Below, piece after piece: positions 28,512 through 39,891 of a DNA stretch of 64,000 nt. Both the position numbers and the translations under genes were made by a program. The notes under the pieces are model-generated. The model did not search any database and was not told the origin of the DNA. It worked only from the letters and a program-made list of their open reading frames with translations. Positions within the stretch are counted from its first letter, which is position 1. Each line of letters begins with the position of its first letter. The stretch comes from Terriglobia bacterium (GTDB lineage Bacteria; Acidobacteriota; Terriglobia; Terriglobales; Acidobacteriaceae), in NCBI GenBank assembly GCA_963812835.1, contig CAWEWN010000001.1, positions 264,354 to 328,353 on the forward strand, in the 5' to 3' direction.

Positions 28512-31013
28512 CTATGTCTTATTCGTAAAGGCCAGGGTCAGCAGAGTCTTCTGTTCCACTTCGTGGGCCTTGGCCGATCCCGTAGCAGGGCTGGCGCTGG
28601 CGGAGCGCTTCACCGACAGCACCGGACGCTCGCCCGCAATGCGGCGCAGGCGAGGCAGCACATAGAACAACGCGCCCATGTTGGCTGGTTCTTCCTGCAC
28701 CCAGACAATCTCGCGCGCCGAAGGAAATTGTCCGATCGCCGCTTCCAGCTCTTTCTCGGGGAAAGGATATAGCTGTTCGACCGAGACGATCGCGGTGGTC
28801 TTGTCATTCCTCTTCTTACGTTCGGCGCGCAGTTCGTGGACGATCTTTCCGGTGCAGATCAGAATGCCGCGTCGCGTCGCTGACCTCCGTATCCGGCAAC
28901 ACGGTCAGAAAGCGCTGGTGGGTGAAGTCTTCAATCGGAGACGACGCATCAGGATGACGGAGCATGCTCTTCGGGGTGAATACGACCAGCGGTTTGCGCC
29001 AGTGGCGCAACGCCTGGCGCCGCAGCAGGTGAAAATATTGCACTGCATTCGACGGCTGGCAGATCTGAAAATTGTCCCGCGCCGCGAGTTGCAGGAAGCG
29101 TTCGATGCGAGCGCTGGAGTGCTCCGGCCCCTGCCCTTCGTGACCATGCGGCAGAAGCAGCACGACGCCCGAGAGCAGTCCCCATTTGTCTTCGCCGGCG
29201 CTGACAAATTGATCAATCACCGCTTGCGCGACGTTGGCGAAATCGCCGAACTGCGCCTCCCACATCACCAGCGTTTCGGGATAGTCCCGGCTGTAGCCGT
29301 ACTCGAATCCCAATACGCCCGCCTCGGAGAGCGCGGAATTATAGATTTCGCAGCGCGCCTGGCCCTCTGCGATGTGTTCGAGCGGAACGTACTCCTGCTC
29401 GTTCTCGATATCGAGCAACACGGAGTGGCGCTGGTTAAAGGTGCCGCGTCGCGTATCCTGCCCGGTCAGGCGAACAGGTACTCCGGCTTTCACCAGGCCT
29501 CCAAGCGCCAGCGCTTCAGCCATGCCGTAGTCCACCAGTCGCTTGCCCGTACCCATCTCGGCCCGCTGCTCCAGCAGCTTTTTGACCTTGGGATGGATGT
29601 GGAAGTCCGCGGGATAGGTCGTGAGCTTCGCGGTAATTTCGCTGAGTTCTTCCGCTGAGAGACCGGTGTCCACTTCATACTCAGGCTTGTAGCGGCCGCC
29701 CTTGTAGTCATTCCAGTAGTTCGGCAACTCGCGCAGCAGCGGCTTCTTCTTGAGAGTCTTGGCCTTTCTTCTGCGCCGCTTCCAGTTCTTCGCGAATCTT
29801 CTCCACCTTTTGCTGAACGTTCTCCGCGCTCGATGTCTTCGGCGTAGATCTCCCACAGCGGCGGATGATCCTTGATCGCCTTGTAGAGCAGCGGCTGGGT
29901 CACGGTCGGGTCATCGACTTCGCTGTGCCCGTGGCGGCGATACCCGATCAGGTCCACAACCACGTCGCCCTTCCAGGTATAGCGATAGTCGGCAGCCAGA
30001 CGGCCTACTCGGACTACCGCGTCGACGTCTTCCGCATTCACGTGAAAGATCGGAATCGATTGCCGGCGGGCCAGCTGGGCAGAAAATCGTGACGAGTGCT
30101 CTTCCTTGTACAAGGTCGTGAAGCCAAGCAGATTGTTGGCGATGATGTGCACCGTGCCGCCCACGGTGAAACCCTTCAGGTCGGACAAGTTCAAGGTCTC
30201 GGCCACGACACCTTGACCCGCAAAGGCCGCATCGCCGTGGACCAGCAAAGGCACGAATTTCTGATCGCCATCTTGTCCGGCGCGGTCTTGCTTGGCACGG
30301 GTGCGGCCTACGGTCACAGGATCCACGGCTTCCAGGTGGCTGGGATTTGAGACCAGGTGAATGTGAATTTTCGTCCCTGACCGGGTCACGTATTCGCCGG
30401 TCGCGCCCATGTGATATTTCACGTCACCGCTGCCCAGAACGCTGCGCGGGTCCACGTCTTCAAATCCCGCGAAGATTTCCTCCGGAGAGCGCTTGGCCAC
30501 CTGCACAATAATGTTCAGCCGACCGCGGTGGCTCATGCCCATGACCAGTTCCACCGCGCCCTGCTGCCCGGCGGCATCCAGAATTTCATCCACCAGCGGG
30601 ATCATGGCGGTCACGCCTTCGAGCGAAAACCGCTTGCTGCCGAGATAGCGCTGCTGCAGCACCTGCTCGAACAGGTCGGCCCGGATAAGCTGGTCGAGCA
30701 CCCGCTCCTGGTCCACATCGGGCTGCGGCCCTTCCATGCGCTCCTGGATCCAGCGACGCCGTTCGGGGTCAGTAATATGCATGAATTCCGCGCCCACGGT
30801 TCCGCAGTAGATGCGGCGGGCCTCTTCAGCCAGCTCGCCTTCGATACGCAGGCTGGGATGCGTCACGGGGGGCAGAAATCCGAGCGGGTCGAGATCGGCC
30901 TCCAGGTATCCCCAGTGGCGAAAAGGGTCAAATATGCGCTCACGTTCGCCGTTGGGAGCTTCGAGTACACCGGTTGCGGCAGATTCACTTGCAGGTTTGG
31001 ATCGGGTCGCCAT
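28512..31013 (-). pseudogene. sucA: 2-oxoglutarate dehydrogenase E1 component, three single-base insertions
   Basis: GMSHRGRLNIIV, GDAAFAGQGVV and LLLPHGHEGQGPEHSS motifs. The frame changes near 29825, 29762 and 28868. The three shifts sum to zero mod 3. Confidence 0.9.
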
Positions 31014-31105
31014 ATGTCTGTTACTAGAATAACGGATGCAGCGGGATACGTGCTGGATTCGCCGCGCCGGGGGCACAAGGGGCGTGATTTCCGCTAGCTA
31101 ACCTG

Positions 31106-31282
31106 CTGTCATCCTGAGGAAGCGGAGCCTTTCGCAAGGCGAAGGGCTCCCGACGAAGGACCTATGTATTTGTGCATGCAGCATTCCGAAACACGTGGGG
31201 ATGGCCGCAGGCGACATGCACAGGTCCTTCGCTTGCTTTCGCCCCACTTCGCGGGACGAAAGACTGGCGCTCAGGATGACAG
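31106..31282. repeat. composite inverted repeat of two diverged GTCATCCTGAG...GAAGGACCT units
   Basis: Left unit 31106-31163 and right unit 31222-31282 in opposite orientation. The right unit supplies the last codons and the stop of the antiporter gene. Confidence 0.85.
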
Positions 31283-32432
31283 TGTTTTTGTTCTCGGCAG
31301 CGCTTTCATCAGTAGTCCATTCAGCAGGATGGTGATTACGGACGCCGCCAAAGTAGCGTGGTACATGTCGTCAGTGACCAGGTGGGCATCGCGGGCCACT
31401 CGCACCAGGACGTAGGAAAACTCGCCGATCTGGGTCAGTCCCAGGCCCACCATGAGGGCGGTTCGCGGAGGATAGCGAAACAGCCAGACGATCAAGGTCC
31501 AAATCGCAAACTTCCCCAGCATGGTCAGGACCACGATCGAGCCCCAAAGCGCAGGCTTCGAAATCAGGATTCGCGGATCAACCAGAACTCCAATGGTGAC
31601 AAAGAAAAGTGCCACGAAAGCGTCGCGCAGAGGCGACAGCTTGTCCAGCATCTTGTGCGTCGTCCCCGACTCGCTCACGATCAGGCCGGCCAGAAAAGCT
31701 CCCAGCGCAAGTGACAGACCGACCGCCTGGGTGACCGCCGCGGTAGCGAAACCCAGCGCCAGTACGACCAGCACGTACAGTTCGTCGTTTCCGGTCCCTT
31801 CGATCCGCTTCATCAACGGCGGCACCAGCTTCGCAGCCACAAACATGACCGGGACCAGGATCAGCAGGGCCTTACCAAAAGCAATCAGCAATGAAAGGAA
31901 GTGGCTTCCCGTAAGATTGGTCATCGAAGGAAGCAGCACAGTCAAAACCACGACTGCAAGGTCTTCGACCAGGGTGATGCCAATCATCACGTTGCCGTGC
32001 GGCGAGCGCAATTCTCCGCGCTCTGCCAGCAAGCGGGAGAGCACCATGGTGCTGGCGACAGCGATGATGGCGCCTACCGCAATTCCCTGGATCGTGCCCC
32101 AGCCCATCAACCATCCCGTAGCCGCGCCCAGAGCCAGCGATAACAGGATCCCCAGCGGCCCACCGAAAATCGCAACCCACTTCACTTGCCGCAAGCTCGC
32201 CGAATGAAAATTCCAGGCCAATGGAGTACATCAGCAGGATGACGCCGATTTCGGCCAGGACCTCGAACTCGTGGACTCCCGAAAGAGTGGGACCGGGGGT
32301 AAAGGGTCCAATCAGAAATCCGCCAAGAACGTATCCCAGGATCAAGGGCTGCCGCAGGGCCTTGGCCACACCACCGCCCACAACGGCGGCACCGAACACG
32401 TAGGCGAGGTCTCGAAAGAAGGTGGCTTCCAT
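31271..32432 (-). pseudogene. CPA2-family cation:proton antiporter (Kef-type membrane domain), one extra base near 32192
   Basis: N-terminus LILGYVLGGFLIGP...LLMYSIGLEFSFGEL is in ORF 31872..32432. It continues RQVKWVAIFGGPLG in ORF 31271..32221. Confidence 0.8.
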
Positions 32433-32632
32433 GGTCGTTGGCGAACCCTGACGGACTTATCAGTCTAATGCGATCCGCTGATTTTGGGTGGAGCCGCTTT
32501 TCATCGTCCCAAACCTGCACTCATCCCGTTTTGACATCCCATTCCACCTTCTTTTCGTAACTGTTCCCTTACCCACCAAGCCAGTGCCTCTGCCCTCCGA
32601 TGTACCAAGTAGCCGCGGTAACCGGTACCCCC

Positions 32633-34612
32633 ATGCAAAGCCTTAGAAAGGCCGTAATCGGCAGCGCAGCGTTGCGACTCCTGCTGGTAGGAGAGGCCAG
32701 CGACTTCGCTTCTATGCGCGCCCTTTTAAACCGTTCCGGGGACGTGCAAGTGGACCTCGACCACGCGCTTTCGACCGAAGAAGCGCTTACCCGCATGGGT
32801 CAGACCACTTACGACCTCCTGCTCTGCGAATACAAATCGGGAGATGGCGCAGGCTTGCGCCTGCTGCACGAATTGCGGCGGAACCATCCTCGCGCCCCGG
32901 TGATATTTCTCAGCGACCACATGGACGAGGACGCTGTGGACACGGCCTTGAAAGCCGGCGCTGGAGAGTTTTCTCACATCTCGAGGATCGATGGGCCAGC
33001 TATCGCTGGAACGATCCGTTATGCGCTCGACGAGTATCGCAAGGAGCGGCAACGCCAGAAATCCGAGGATACGCTCCGCAAACTATGGCGCGCCGTCGAG
33101 CAATCCGCGGACCTGGTCATGATCACGGACCGTGAGGGCGTGATTGAGTATGTGAACCCGGCTTTCGAGGCGCTGACCGGCTACTCTCCCGGCGAATTGA
33201 TGGGCCAGACTCCACGCGTCCTGAAATCCGGACAGCAGACCGCGGACCTCTACAAGGAATTGTGGCAAACCATTCTCTCGGGCAACGTCTTTCGCTGCAC
33301 CATGGTGAACCGCAAAAAGAGCGGCGACGTCTTTGTCGCGGAGAAAACTGTCACCCCTCTGCGGGACAACGATGGCAGGATCACTCATTTCATCTCCAAT
33401 GATCGCGATATCACCGACCGGCGCCGGATGGAAAATCAGCTTCAGCAGGGCCAGAAAATGGACGCCATCGGAAAATTGGCCGGAGGCGTGGCCCATGATT
33501 TCAACAATCTTCTGATGGTCATCAGTTCCTACGCCGAGCTCATGCTGGATTCGCTGGCTCCGCAACATCCCTTGCGCCGCAACGTGGATGAGATCCAGAA
33601 AGCTTCCCGCCGCGCGGCTGACCTGACCCGGCAATTGCTGGCTTTCGGACGCAAGCAGATGCAGACGCTGCAACTTCTCGACCTGAACCTGATCATCGAG
33701 GACATCAACAAAATGCTGCCTCGTCTGATCGGTGAAGATATCGAACTGGTATTTGTTCCCGGCAAAAAGCTGGGCAAAGTGAAAGCCGACCCGGTACAGA
33801 TCGAGCAGATCCTGATGAACCTGGTGGCCAACGCACGCGATGCCATGCCCAAGGGCGGCAAGCTGGTGATCGAGACCGCCAGCCTGCGACTGGACGAGCC
33901 TTATGTTCAGGAACACTCCATCGTTCCTCCCGGAGAGTACGTCCTGCTGACGGTCACCGACTCAGGAACGGGCATCGCTCCCGAGCATCTGCTGCATATC
34001 TTCGAGCCGTTTTACACCACCAAAGAGGAAGGCAAGGGCACCGGACTCGGCCTGGCCACGGTGTATGGCATTGTGAAACAGAACAGCGGATTCATCTGGG
34101 TGTACAGCGAGCCCGGGCTGGGAACGACCTTCAAGATTTACTTGCCTCGGGTGCGGCAGGCGAAGCTTGCTCCCCAGCCTACTGTTCCGTCAGAGGGCAG
34201 CCCCCGAGGCTGCGAAACTTTGCTGCTGGCGGAAGATGAAGAAGCGGTCCGCCAGTCCGCTCGTGAGTTTCTTTCCTTGCAGGGTTATATCGTTTTGGAA
34301 GCAGCCAATGGAGCCGAAGCGCTGGCTCTCGCCCAGACGTATCACGGCCGCATCCATTTGATGATCACCGACGTCGTCATGCCCCAGATGGGTGGCGCGA
34401 GGCTGGCGGCGGAACTGGCCCCTGCCCGGCCGGACATGAAAGTTCTTTTTGTCTCCGGCTACGCCGAAGCCACCTTCCAGCGCCACGGCGAAATTGACGT
34501 AACCACACACTTCCTGCAGAAGCCCTTCTCCTTGAAAGCGATGGCCCGCAAAATCCGCGAAGTCCTCGACGCGGACAAAGCTTCCGCCGCAGCCGGCAGT
34601 TCGTCGAGGTAG
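32633..34612 (+). CDS. hybrid sensor histidine kinase (receiver-like / PAS / HisKA / HATPase / receiver)
   Basis: H-box GVAHDFNNLL, N-box NLVANARDAM, DSGTGI, GTGLGL. C-terminal receiver LLAEDEEAVR...DVVMPQMGG. Confidence 0.85.
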   Translation: MQSLRKAVIGSAALRLLLVGEASDFASMRALLNRSGDVQVDLDHALSTEEALTRMGQTTYDLLLCEYKSGDGAGLRLLHELRRNHPRAPVIFLSDHMDEDAVDTALKAGAGEFSHISRIDGPAIAGTIRYALDEYRKERQRQKSEDTLRKLWRAVEQSADLVMITDREGVIEYVNPAFEALTGYSPGELMGQTPRVLKSGQQTADLYKELWQTILSGNVFRCTMVNRKKSGDVFVAEKTVTPLRDNDGRITHFISNDRDITDRRRMENQLQQGQKMDAIGKLAGGVAHDFNNLLMVISSYAELMLDSLAPQHPLRRNVDEIQKASRRAADLTRQLLAFGRKQMQTLQLLDLNLIIEDINKMLPRLIGEDIELVFVPGKKLGKVKADPVQIEQILMNLVANARDAMPKGGKLVIETASLRLDEPYVQEHSIVPPGEYVLLTVTDSGTGIAPEHLLHIFEPFYTTKEEGKGTGLGLATVYGIVKQNSGFIWVYSEPGLGTTFKIYLPRVRQAKLAPQPTVPSEGSPRGCETLLLAEDEEAVRQSAREFLSLQGYIVLEAANGAEALALAQTYHGRIHLMITDVVMPQMGGARLAAELAPARPDMKVLFVSGYAEATFQRHGEIDVTTHFLQKPFSLKAMARKIREVLDADKASAAAGSSSR

Positions 34613-34620
34613 TTTTTCTG

Positions 34621-34644
34621 ATGGAGGACGGGCGTCCCGCCCGT
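34621..34644. repeat. REP hairpin, family B
   Basis: atggaggacgggcgtcccgcccgt, with stem ACGGGC/GCCCGT. Confidence 0.8.
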
Positions 34645-34811
34645 TCCGCCGGCGGCCAACCGTATAATTAGTTCGTAATGTGGGCGCGAGCGCCCCGCTC
34701 GTGCGGCAGCGCCAGATAAGCGGCGTCCCGCCAGATCGCGGAACGTCCGTGCCGGAGAAACCTTCATATGAGCCTGCACGCTCCGTCCATTCGCAACCCG
34801 AGAGAAATGGC

Positions 34812-35938
34812 GTGACCTACGTCTTGCTGGCTCTGCTGGCCGGTGCTGTCGTTTACTCACTGCTGTCGATCGTGGCGGCCTTGCGCTATCTCTCGGTTCG
34901 GCCGCCCAAACTGGTTGCTACGGAACCGATCAGCATTCTCAAGCCGCTCTCCGGACTCGATCTCGGTCTCGAATCCAATCTGCGGACTTTTTTCGAGCAG
35001 GACTATCCCGCGTTCGAAATTCTTTTCGCGGTCAGGAGCCAGGATGATCCGGCGGTACCGATCGTTGAAAGTCTTCGCCGCGAATATCAGAGAGTTCCGT
35101 CGCGCTTGATGGTGACCGGAGACTCTCCTTATCCCAACGCCAAGGTCTACAGCCTGGAACTGATGCTGGCTGCCGCCGCGAATGACCTGGTAGTGATGAG
35201 CGACAGCGACATCCGAGTGACCCCCGACCTGCTGAAGACAGTTGCCGCCGAGTTTCAGGATGCCGGCCTCGGCGTGGCCACCTGCCCGTACCGCGCTGTG
35301 GCCGGGCCCAGTTTCTGGTCGCGGCTCGAGGCCATCGGCATGAATACAGATTTCGCTGCCGGCATTCTGGTGGCGCGCATGCTCGAAGGCATGAAGTTTG
35401 CGGTGGGCCCAACCATCGCGGCGCGGCGGCGGGTGCTGCAAGCTATCGGCGGTTTCGACCGGTTGAAAGATTATCTGGCGGAAGATTTTGTCATGGGGAA
35501 ATTTGCCGCCGACGCCGGCCACGGCGTAATTCTTTCTTCCTATGTCATCGAGCATCATATTGGCAGCACGGATCTGCGGCACAACTGCGGCGCATCGTCT
35601 GCGCTGGGCACGCAGCACGCGGCGCTCCCGCCCTTGGGCTATGTGGGACAGCTGTTCACCATGCCTCTGCCTCTGGCGCTGTTGCTCTGCGCCGTGAATC
35701 CGCGTGGTGGCCTGCGTTGCTGGTGACGCTCGCTGTTCGCCTGCTGGCGGCTTACACAATTTCGGCGCGCGTTTTGCACGCAAAGATCAACTGGCTGCTG
35801 CTGCCGATCGAGGACGTCAATGCCTTCTGTTTCTGGCTGGCCGGATTTTTTGGAAATACGATTGTCTGGCGAGGTCGGCGATATCGTCTTTATTCCGACG
35901 GCCGTTTCGAGCTGCTGCCATCTCCCGCAGGTGAGTGA
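34812..35938 (+). pseudogene. GT21/GT2 glycosyltransferase (ceramide glucosyltransferase / HpnI-like), three indels
   Basis: [19 protein letters not shown] and an out-of-frame HRLRWARS (Q/RxxRW motif) readable only in the +1 frame at 35587-35632. The C-terminus is in ORF 35717..35938. Confidence 0.75.
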
Positions 35939-37130
35939 AGCGACGGGCGGACTCGTAAAAGTTTGCCATCTTTCAACCTAAACGAATCCCCGCGCCACGT
36001 AACTCCGTGCCCCCAGAAACCGATCAACCACACCAGCGCCGCCACGAAATCGCGCAAGGGGACAAGCGCCAGCCACTTGGTCACCTGGCGATCCTGGAGA
36101 ACCGTTCGCCCCACAACCAAAGCGACGGCGTATCGCATGAGCAATCGCGACACCCAGCAACACCCACGCCCAGCCGGCTCCGCGCGCACATATGAGAGCG
36201 AGCAAGGCCCAGGGCAGCCCGAAAGTCGCCACCAGCCCGGCATAGCCGCCCGGACGCGAATCACGGATCGTCCGCGCCCATCGCAACTGGTGGTCCAGAA
36301 ACTGCTTCAAGTCATAGCGCGGCAGAAATGTCTCGACCACGGTCGCGGAAAGCTCGAATCTTCAGAGCCCAGCGCTGCGATGCGCCGACCAATTTCGTAG
36401 TCATCGGCGAGGTAATCCGCCAGGGCCTCAAATCCGCCGATAGAAACGAGATCGCTACGCCGAAAAGCCAGGGTCGAACCCAAACCAAAATGAATGCCGC
36501 CTTCAAGCAACCGCGCCACCAACACGCCGGCGCTGAAATCCGTACTGATGAACAGAGATTCCAGCCGCGATCCCAGGCTCGCACTGGCCACGCCGCGATA
36601 AAGACAAGTCACCAGTCCGATTTTCGGATCCGACAGCGGGGCGACGACGTTCCGCAAGTAGTCCGGCCTCGACCCGGATGTCGCTATCGTTCACCACAAT
36701 GTGTTCGTACTTCGCTTCCGTCACCATCTGCGCCAGGTTGCTGACTTTCGTATTGGCGCCCAGATTTTTCGAGACAAAACACGAGCCGGATAGGAATCTG
36801 CGGGAATTCAGCTTTCAATCGCTCCACAAACACAATCGCAGGATCGTCGGCGTCGCTGACCCCAAAAATAATTTCGTATTCGGGATAGTCCTGCAAACAA
36901 TGACTGCGAAAGCTCTCATACATCTCAGGATCAGTGCCCTTGAGCGGCTTGAGAATGGAAACGGGAGGAAGGAGCGGTAGGTTGGTGTGGGGCGGGCGCC
37001 CTCGCCCGCCGCTTTTCTCTCGCCCAGAAATCGAGCCGCGCCATACAAGCAAAGAACGTAGTAGCCAGTGCTCGCAAGAGTTCCCAGAGACGGCAACAAT
37101 TTCGAGGACAAAGAAAAATTGGTGAATCAT
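35890..37130 (-). pseudogene. second GT21/GT2 glycosyltransferase paralogue, at least six indels
   Basis: VSILKPLKGTD, VNDSDIRV, DHQLRWART and WRGDSFRL are spread over ORFs 36684..37130, 36503..36727, 36307..36657, 35978..36340 and 35890..36264. Confidence 0.75.
36985..37015. repeat. GC-rich REP hairpin, family A, inside the GT21 paralogue
   Basis: 31-mer identical to 5373-5403. Translates as KAAGEGARPT in both host genes. Confidence 0.9.
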
Positions 37131-37142
37131 GCGGGAGCTAGT

Positions 37143-38402
37143 CTACTCGTACCGCAGCGACTCAATCGGATCCAGGTTCGCAGCCTTCCACGCCGGATAA
37201 ATCCCAAACAACAAACCCTCGGCCGCCGCCGAGCCCAATCCAAACGCCGCCCAGAAAAACGACATGCGCGCCGGCAGCGAGCTCCAGATCGCGGGGATCG
37301 TCCAGGTAATGATCGCCCCTGCCAGCACGCCCAGCACGCCGCCCAATGCGGTCAGGGTGATGGCCTCGAGCGTGAACTGCAGCAGGATGTCCCGTTTGCG
37401 CGCGCCAATCGCTTTGCGCACGCCGATCTCACGCGTCCGCTCAGTCACCGACACCAGCATGATGTTCATCACGCCCACGCCGCCCACGATCAAACCCACG
37501 CTGGAAACCGCGAACATGAAGATGAAAACAGCGCCCGTGACCTGGTTCCACACATCGGAAAGCGAGTCCTGCGTGAATACGGCGAAGTTGTCCGGCTTGT
37601 CCGGCGCGACTTTGCGGCGCCGGCGCAGCAGTTCGCGGATCTCGTCAATGGCCTTGGGCATGTCGTCGTGCGAAGTGGCTTTGACGCTGATCCAATATTG
37701 CTTCAGCTCCGGATGCAATTTGCGGAACGTGGCCAGCGGGAAATACACGATGTTGTCATCCGGATTCTTGCCGCCGGCAAACACGCTCTTGCGCTTCGCG
37801 GCGACGCCAATCACGGTGAACAACTGGCCATCAATCGTGATTTCTTTGCCCAGCGGGTTTTCATTCGGGAACAGTTCTTCGGCAGTGTCCGAGCCCAGCA
37901 CGATGACGGGAGAATGATGTTCCTGATCAGTCTCATTCATCCACCGCCCGGACGCGATGTCCAGATCAAACACGTCTTTCCAGGTGCCGGTATCGCCCTC
38001 CAGGACAACGTTCTTGACCTTGCGCCCGTTGTACTTGACCTCATAAGTGCCAGTCCCGAATTCCTGACGAAAATAACGCAACCCGACCGTGGCAATCTTG
38101 ACGTGAGGCAATTGCTGTATGGCCTCAAAATCGTCGAAGGTGAGCTCTTTGCGCGTCCGTATCTCTTCCGTCGGCCGGCCAAAGGTCAGCGGCTGGTGGT
38201 AAGCAAAAATAATATTGGATCCCAGGCTGCTGATGACCTGGCTGACGTTGTCATTGAGCCCGCGCACCACCGAAGAAATGCCGATCACGACGGCGACACC
38301 AATCACGATGCCAAGCACAGTCAGCGCCGACCGCATCTTGTTGGTGCGGATCGTGTCCAGCGCCATCTGGACCACTTCACCGTAATCGCTGGTACGCAGC
38401 AT
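37143..38402 (-). CDS. MacB-type ABC transporter permease (MacB_PCD + FtsX)
   Basis: N-terminal TM helix, periplasmic domain, C-terminal FtsX helices with [15 protein letters not shown] motif. Confidence 0.85.
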   Translation of the reverse strand: MLRTSDYGEVVQMALDTIRTNKMRSALTVLGIVIGVAVVIGISSVVRGLNDNVSQVISSLGSNIIFAYHQPLTFGRPTEEIRTRKELTFDDFEAIQQLPHVKIATVGLRYFRQEFGTGTYEVKYNGRKVKNVVLEGDTGTWKDVFDLDIASGRWMNETDQEHHSPVIVLGSDTAEELFPNENPLGKEITIDGQLFTVIGVAAKRKSVFAGGKNPDDNIVYFPLATFRKLHPELKQYWISVKATSHDDMPKAIDEIRELLRRRRKVAPDKPDNFAVFTQDSLSDVWNQVTGAVFIFMFAVSSVGLIVGGVGVMNIMLVSVTERTREIGVRKAIGARKRDILLQFTLEAITLTALGGVLGVLAGAIITWTIPAIWSSLPARMSFFWAAFGLGSAAAEGLLFGIYPAWKAANLDPIESLRYE

Positions 38403-38410
38403 AGGAATTC

Positions 38411-38489
38411 AGTTTCTAGTTTCCGGTTTCGTAGTTTCCGGTGCTAGTCTCTGGCTTTGAAACTAGAAACACGGAAACTCAGAAACTCG
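38411..38489. repeat. 7-nt-period repeat hairpin, AGTTTCY class
   Basis: agtttctagtttccggtttcgtagtttccgg ... gaaactagaaacacggaaactcagaaactcg, between the two permease genes. Confidence 0.9.
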
Positions 38490-38494
38490 TCTTT

Positions 38495-39725
38495 CTACAG
38501 TTCAAATCTCAACGCGGCAATCGGATCCAGCATCGCCGCTCGCCGGGCCGGATACACGCCAAAGAACACGCCCACGCTGGCGGAAACCAGCAGGCCCGCC
38601 GCCACCGCCCACAATTTGATTTCAGACGGCATGCCGATGATCGCCGTGATGCCCTTGGCAAAGACGATGCCGAACAGCACGCCCAGCAGGCCGCCCACCA
38701 GCGCCATGGTTCCCGACTCGATCAGGAATTGCAGCAGCACGTCCTGGCGGCGCGCGCCCATCGCTTTCCGTATGCCGATTTCGCGGGTGCGCTCGGTCAC
38801 CGACACCAGCATGATGTTCATGATCACGATGCCGCCCACCACCAGCGAAATCGCCGGCAATGGCGATCATCGCGATAAAAAACGTTCCACTCAGATTCGA
38901 CCAGATACTCAGGAAGCTGGCATTGGTTTCCGCGGCAAAACTGTCGGGACTGCCGGGAAGATCATGGCGCCGGGCCCGCAGGACGGCGCGAGCTTCGTCA
39001 ATCGCCGCATCCAGCTCCGTGCCCACGCCCGCGGCCTTGCCCGAAATGCGAATGCTGGTGTGCGATCCGAACTGCTTCAGGTAGGTAGTGATCGGAATCG
39101 CCACATAATTGTCCCGGCTCTGCCCCAGCGTAGTTCCCTGCTTCTTCCCCACTCCGATCACCCGGTACACTTCACCCTCAACCCGAATCTCTTTGCCCAA
39201 AGGATCCACCGTGGGGAAAAAAGTGTCCACCACGTCGGTACCGATCACGCCCACCTGCGAACGGTTTTCCTCGTCGTTCTCGTTGACCATGCGGCCGGCG
39301 GTGAGATCGAGATCAAGAATCGGAGCCATCGACGGCGTCAATCCGCGGATCCAGGTATCGGCCAGCGCTTGTTCCTCGTAGCGCACATGACCCGCGGTAT
39401 TGGTGATGGAAGCGCCAATCATGGCGCAATGTTTGCAGGCCTCCAGCACGGCCTGGTAGTCCTCCACGGTCAGGTCTTTTCGTTTTAGACCATCGAGAAG
39501 CTGGTCAACATTGGTGACGACGGGAGTGACTTTGCTGATGATGAAAACATCGGCGCCCAGGTTGAAAATCTTCTCCGCCACGTAGCCATTGATCCCGTTC
39601 ACGAACGTGACCACGGCGATCACGGCGGCCACGCCGATCACCACGCCGAGTAGGGTCAGGGCAGAGCGCAGCTTGTTCGCCCAGAGAGAGAGCAGCGCGA
39701 TGCGAATGGCCTCGATGGTTGTCAT
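38495..39725 (-). pseudogene. second MacB-type ABC permease, one extra base near 38852
   Basis: The N-terminal 290 aa are in ORF 38622..39725. The FtsX C-terminus [33 protein letters not shown] is in ORF 38495..38860. Confidence 0.85.
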
Positions 39726-39728
39726 GAA

Positions 39729-39760
39729 TCAGTCGTCAGTCGTCGGTCGTCAGTCGTCAG
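39729..39760. repeat. 7-nt-period repeat, CAGTCGT class
   Basis: tcagtcgtcagtcgtcggtcgtcagtcgtcag, directly upstream of the permease start. Confidence 0.9.
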
Positions 39761-39891
39761 CAAGAACCTTGGCCTGCATCAAGTCTAGCAGTTTGACCGG
39801 GAGCAGGCCCTTACACGGCGTCTCGCGAACGGACACATAACATTCCGGGCTGTGATAAGGTTCCTACCGCAATTTCTGCAGGAGGATTGCA

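Noticed and set aside
37068-38447. 459-aa ORF on the plus strand covering the whole first permease gene
   Set aside because: It is antisense to a gene with clear MacB/FtsX motifs. Its product is low-complexity and Arg/His/Gln-rich ([25 protein letters not shown]...), typical of the mirror frame in GC-rich DNA.
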